Assembly: GCF_009914755.1 (NCBI RefSeq)
Contig: NC_060932.1
DNA from: the human T2T-CHM13v2.0 reference genome, Homo sapiens
Reading direction: 5' to 3' (one strand)
Length of the DNA stretch: 64,000 bases
Made by a program: the position numbers and the translations under genes
Notes under the pieces: generated by a model
Databases searched by the model: none
What the model saw: only the letters and a program-made list of their open reading frames with translations
What the model was told of the DNA's origin: nothing
Part shown: positions 61,164-64,000 of the stretch, piece by piece
Layout: each line of letters starts with the position of its first letter
Position numbering within the stretch: position 1 is the first letter of the stretch

Positions 61164-64000
61164 ATTCCCTAGCCTCAAGGAGCTTACATTCTAGTTTGTG
61201 GGACAGACAAAATAATAATAAATAGGCAAATGGTATGGTACACTAGAGGGCATTAAGTGTTAAGGAGAAAAAGTCAAACAAAGATCTGCTTTTAGTATTG
61301 GGAATGTTGCAATTACCAAGGCCTGGTCAGAGAAAACCTCATCAGTAGATGTCAGTTAAGCAAGAACCTGACAGGCACAAGGTGGGGTAAATCATGTGGA
61401 TGTCTAGGGGAAAACTCTTCCAGGAAGCAGGCAGCACTCCAGAGTACGAATTGTAGCAATTCCATGAGATGAGAACACACTGGCATTTTTAGTAGGATGA
61501 CTGAGGTGGCTGCATGGGGGACAGGCTGTGAAAGGCAAGGATAAAAGCAAGGAGACCAGTATCATTTCCAAGGAGCCTTAAATGCCCACCATGCACATGC
61601 CTAAGGCATTGAGAATTTAAGTCAAAGCGTACACTGATGCAATGACAATGTATGACAATTGCATGAATTAGTCATCTCAGAAAGCAGAGTTCCTATAGAA
61701 ATAAGACCGGGCTCTTAAATTATTAAACTTCTTCTATCTATACACAGCATTTAAACTACAAATATATCAGCATGCATGTATATGTGCACATATATGTATA
61801 GATAGAGAACAATGAAAAACATTAAGTAGCAAAAGTTCTATGCAAAAAGGTTTTTCAGTCTACAGACCACACTAGGGTGTATGATACATCGAGGTGGTTC
61901 ATATTTTTATCCTGAAATCACTGCTTTTATTAGTTCACAGTTGTTATTAGCTCACAGCAATTTTAGAAAAATGTGTTACCTTTTTTTTCCCAGCAGGGAC
62001 ATGTATACTGCCTTGTTGTGGATTATGCAATGTGGGAAAGCTTAAATGCCATCTATGATTTCCTTAAGAAGGCTCATTTTTTTTTTTGTCCACATCCAAT
62101 TAAAGGCTTCTCTCCCCAGCCCTCTGTCCTCAAATGTCCTGAATCTGTTTCCATGATTACCCCTGGACTATATTGTAACCCCCTTCCCCAGTCTTTCCCT
62201 GGGATGTCATAAGATCCAGCAATTTGACCAGAAATCTCCGGTAACAGAGAAGAAAAGTACAATCTGGTCACTGAGAGCAAGAGCCTGTGAGTGAGAAATT
62301 TTGGGTTATTTTCCTGCCATCACCTTGATTGACTCCTCTGTGACCTTATGCTGTTAACACCTGCCTCTATAGGTGTGCGAAGAGCTTTAATTAATATTTG
62401 TAAATCTCCCTGATTGTTACAGGTAGAAGGTAGCAGAAAAGGGCATATTGTTATTAATTGTGGGGAGAAAAAAATGGAGAGATTTTTGTGAAGTTCCGGT
62501 GAACTTCTGGTGAAGTTTTGTTCCTTCACCAGAGAGAGACCTACACCCATGGACACTATTTTCACAGTAGGAGGATTAAATATAAATCTTGATTTACTTA
62601 CTCTGCACGTAAGGAAATGCCTAATGCCTATTTAATGCAAAACTCCTATTCCATGCCCTGGCTCATATTCAATATGCACTGCCTCTGACTCCTAAAGCTG
62701 TTTAAGTTACCACTGTGAAAGGAGTCTTGCTATTCACAACGAGTGTGAGAGTTCATCTAATTAGCTGATTTCAGTTCATTTGGCATTAAATAATTCCCCA
62801 AATTCCCATATGTTTGAACAATATGTTCAACAAGGAGGATGATTCTCTGAAAGCAATTAAATAGTTCTTTTAGGAGAGCTTGTCATCGGTCACTCATAAG
62901 CATCCCTGCTATTCCTGTCCATGATGAATGCAGGCGGTAATTACATGAAAAGCACTTCACCCTCTCTGATGGCCCTGGCAGGCACCCACATACAGGCTGC
63001 ACATTTGAATTTTATGGTTTTTTTCCCCAAACCTTGAGTATGTTATTCTAGGCTTTCCACAGAGCATTTGATGTTGCTAATACACTGCTTTCCAGTCCCG
63101 CTCTCCTTGCCTCCCCTACTTAAAGGTAAATGAAGACATGATCATCTTAACCTGTGTTTTGCTCGTATAGGAAGAATTGTCCATTTTGGACTGTGGTTAC
63201 TTTTGTGGAAGACTGAACTTTTTAAAGACATCTCCAGGGCTTCTTGGAGAGGGGAGGAGACAACATGATAATGTTACATCTACTGTTTTAGACGCAGTAG
63301 ACATAAGATGCTCCTCAATTATATGGCTTGGCTTTATTGCAGCAGCAAGTTATAGATAATGAGCTCAAGTATAACCATTACTAACTTGAGAGAATAGGAG
63401 TTGTCAACATAAGCAATTCAGAAATGAATAGCACATTAGATGAACTCAGAGAAAAACTCTTTGTTTATAGAAGATCTTGGGAAAGATGGTATCTTTTAGC
63501 ACTAAATTTTATCTTTATTTTGCCCAACGGGTTGCTTTTTTGGTCAAGGATGAAGTATTTAACTGTCCTTCCTAGGTAGTATAAGTAAAAGCTTTAGTAA
63601 TAATACCAATTCCAGCTCTCCCGTAGCATTGCTCTATATTCAATATTATTATTTTTCTTACAAGTGAAAATCCAGCAAACAAAGGATCAAATAGCTTGTT
63701 GAAGAACACATATGCCATTGGGGGAAAAATAAGCAGACATCTGGGTTCTTCTCGCTGATTACTGTTCTGTAAACTACTCCTCCTTACCGTTTGGGGGCAC
63801 AGATTAAAAACAAAAGCCAAAGACGTGAAAGAGGGAGGCATTCAATGAGGTATTATTATTCCATTTTAGTTAACTTTCACTTTCTTTTATCTGTTCCATG
63901 ACACTGCATTCTCACTGTAAATAATTCACAATTCAAAAAAGCTGAACACCAGGTTTGGATTGAATGATTTTAAATTTAGATCTAAAATAGAAAAGAGTTG

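Overview
Primate DNA, almost certainly human, covering the middle of the netrin receptor gene UNC5D on the + strand. Six coding exons splice into one continuous frame: TSP1 repeat 1 (670-837), TSP1 repeat 2 (2633-2797), a 33-nt microexon missed by the ORF track (22018-22050), the transmembrane and caspase-site exon (38305-38490), the cytoplasmic linker and ZU5 start (42247-42624), and a ZU5 exon (47109-47193). The next exon lies beyond the window. The remaining ~98% is intron containing about 22 Alu copies, L1/L2/MIR/MER fragments, two solo LTRs and microsatellites. Nearly all listed ORFs are Alu-derived or chance. I see no new multi-gene system. The most interesting signals are RNA-processing features: a candidate in-frame 42-nt cassette exon, a recursive-splice-like AG|GTAACT site, an intron read-through frame ending in a hydrophobic tail, and a distal TGCATG cluster after the microexon. 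There are also several unusual rearrangements: a ~95-bp inverted duplication across an LTR/flank junction, an inverted and deleted L1, and Alu arm-fusion monomers. Repeat boundaries are approximate, and subfamily calls are by eye from remembered consensus sequences.
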